A DNA stretch of 64,000 nucleotides from the NCBI RefSeq assembly GCF_021028975.2, contig NC_059427.1:115878001-115942000 (forward strand). Direction: 5' to 3'. Positions 61,346-64,000 of the stretch are shown here, piece by piece. Each line of letters begins with the position of its first letter. The first letter of the stretch is position 1. Made by a program: the position numbers and the translations under genes. The notes beneath the pieces were generated by a model. It was not told the DNA's origin. It searched no databases and worked only from the letters and a program-made list of their open reading frames with translations. This stretch comes from Sphaerodactylus townsendi (lineage: Eukaryota).

Positions 61346-64000
61346 TCATGATGTCCTTCAAGTGTTCCAGAACTGCTGCATATTTCTCAACAGAGGTGTT
61401 TTATATGTATGCTGAATTTTATTTCCCAGCATAAGAAAATCAATTAAGAGGCAGTGCTAGTTGCTACCTGACACCAAATGAGTGAAACTAGAGATTGGAA
61501 TGCTGGGTAATAGCTGAGAAAGGAAATCTAATCTTAATTAAAGCAATTAAACAACTGTTGATTTGTAAATAGCTTCGACATAAATGGGATTTGAATATAT
61601 TCCCTCATATGACTAGACTTGCCGAAAGATAAACCACAAAGCTTAACTCATTCTTGTGAACACCGCATGTAATTCCATTTCAGCAAGTGTATTATTCATT
61701 TGATAGCTGAAGTATAGGCTACCCTTTCAGGCGAAATGCTGACTCAAAGTGGCTCACAAATAAAACAATTAAAAACAAACGAAATAAACATAAGTTCAGC
61801 TACTACTTGTATTTCTGTATAATACTGTTGTATTTCTAAGCCATAAGTGAAACACAATAGAAAAACCTTCCCAAATATGCCAGATTGTTGCAGGGGTGTG
61901 TGGGGATTAAGCCTTATTAAACTTGGTTTGTATCAGAAGGCCGTGTCTGACCTCTGCTCAGATTATTCCTTGTAAGTTAGGCCCAGCATATAGTGATGAA
62001 GGCAGAAGAATTCCTGTTTTTATGTTCTTTGGGAAAGCACTGCTGTGGGGAGAAGCAAAAACTATAACAGCAGCCACCACAAACAAATTTGGTGTATGCC
62101 TCTATCCATGCCTCTATCCACCACGAAGCAAATTTGGGGTATGCCTCTATCCACCAAGGAATCTTGCAGTACCTCACTGGCCCTCAGTACCTCACTGGCC
62201 CTGATCCCGTAAATAAGGCCAGGAGGGAAGAGAATGGGTGAGAGATAAATCTATGCAAAAGCAAGATCACGATAACATCGGGTTTGTTGTTGTTTGTTTT
62301 GAATAATCAGTAAAGTAGCTACTCAGTTGAGGGTCTACCCCATTCCTCCAGTTAGTTGTTCATTCTGTTCGCTTAAGTTGTTTTACTTATTCATAGGTTT
62401 TGTGGGGAGGGATGTGGTAACTGAAGGATTAATGTCCTGCTCTGCAGGAGATATGACAGACTGGGGAATGTGGGTGGCGGAGGGGGATGGGGGAGAGTTA
62501 AAATATTATTAAGCTTGGTTCCTATGAGGAGACTGTGTCTGGTCTCTGTCTTGAGGGCTCATTGTAAGCTTCCCCCAGCTTACAACATTTATTCAAGTTC
62601 AGAAATTACACAACAGTTTTTTTCTTTTTCATGACTCTCTGTATTGTACAGTTGGGTGGGATTGTGTGTAAGGGGGCCCCTGTGTTATGAGTGATGAGGA
62701 ATTATTTTTGGGTCCTTCGTGTTCACGAAAATGCTTACAAACAGTACCACGACAAAGACCTGAAATTGTGTGAATCTTTTGGAAACCATTAATGAGAGCC
62801 CAAACTCACGGAAGCAAGGGTTGGGAGAACTTTCCAGTTCACAGAAACTGTTATGGCCAGTCCCTTCTCACTTTCACATCTATGGAATTTGTGTCGCAGC
62901 AGAGCCATCCTGTATTGTCAGCACCTTGTCTCACTCTCTCTGGATGCATAATTTCTAAGGTGACTGAAAAGATGATAGGAGGCACTCGCCACTTGAGATG
63001 GCTTTAAGGACTAGGAGATTACGAGGTGTAGAGCTGCAATGCAAACTGTCCTAAGTAAAGCAGGATCAAATATGATTATGGGAATTTCCAAGGATCCAGA
63101 TGACATGGGATAGCTGTGATAATTTTTTTCAAGGCACCTGAAAAGAGCAGTGATATGGGAGCCTACGCTGGGAGTGGGAACAAAACCACTATACAACAAT
63201 ATAATTTCCTATTATTAACAGCTTTTTATACTATTGTGGTTATTGATGTGAACTCTAATGTTCTGCCATACTTGTTACCAATTCTGTACCATTAGGTCAA
63301 GCACATATTAGATGCTTGCTTTCATTGTGCTTTTTCGGCTTGCTGGGTTGAAATGTGTTTATACAAAAATTCCCATTATAAGCTCTTGAAGGCATGCCCT
63401 GTGTGAGAAATTCACCCAGATACAGTTGTAGGGACTAATTATGGACAATAGAGTGCATGATATTGTCTAAGTGATCGATGGAACAGGGAGGGAGGTATAG
63501 CAGTAACTGAGTATTTCATGTAAAATAGTTAAGCTATTTATTGTTTAGATACTATTATTCAAAACATTAACTTGTGCAGGCTGGACAAGCAAACATGTAG
63601 TATCAGGATGGAAATTATTGATATGATAATAGAACTTCTCTAGGGCATCCATCTTAAGGGAACAAATGACAGAGATCATTATGAATTTTTTTGTATGTGT
63701 GATATTTGTAGCACTTGGTCAGATGTATATAAATTACAACATTTCTGAGCTCAGTGGATATCTATGGCTTTTTCTGCACAGCACAAATAAAACATTTTGA
63801 GGACGTAAAAAGAAACTTTTAAGGACGTAAAAAGAAGCATCTTGGGGAAGAATTCTACGTTTTATTTCAGTTCAACCTGTTGTATTTTGAAAACGCTAAA
63901 CTAGAGATATTTTTTCCAAGACGTCATTTTTCCACTGCTCATGTTTGCCATTTTCTGCCGCTGCAGTGATCCTCCAAGCCACCTGCCATGTGCTGAAGGT

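Overview
This is vertebrate DNA, not prokaryotic. It is squamate and most likely a gecko, judged from Squam3-like, Sauria and 5S-derived SINEs. Four genes can be rebuilt exon by exon from splice sites and recalled orthologue sequences: (1) the 5' end of MAP2K4 (minus strand: CpG-island exon 1 plus the 33-nt cassette exon GFQINFCEKAQS); (2) TMEM220 (plus, 6 exons, about 180 aa); (3) ADPRM (minus, 3 coding exons, 363 aa); (4) SCO1 (plus, 6 exons, 259 aa). ADPRM and SCO1 share an ETS-rich bidirectional promoter. The rest is intron and intergenic DNA dense in transposon relics: hAT palindromic MITEs, a SPIN MITE, PIF/Harbinger-like MITEs, a TcMar MITE, a Helitron, and L1, CR1, Penelope and SINE fragments. 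The most notable observations are: a TAG-TAG tandem acceptor at SCO1 exon 2 whose upstream site would insert an in-frame stop; MAP2K4 only about 7.5 kb from TMEM220 (over 1 Mb apart in human), separated by an assembly gap, a cleanly bounded Helitron and a ~160-bp TTAGGG-containing satellite with inverted units; a SPIN MITE carrying a CORE-SINE-like filler; and a degenerate Penelope hammerhead motif in an ADPRM intron. I found no convincing wholly new protein-coding system. All homology calls are from memory, not database searches.
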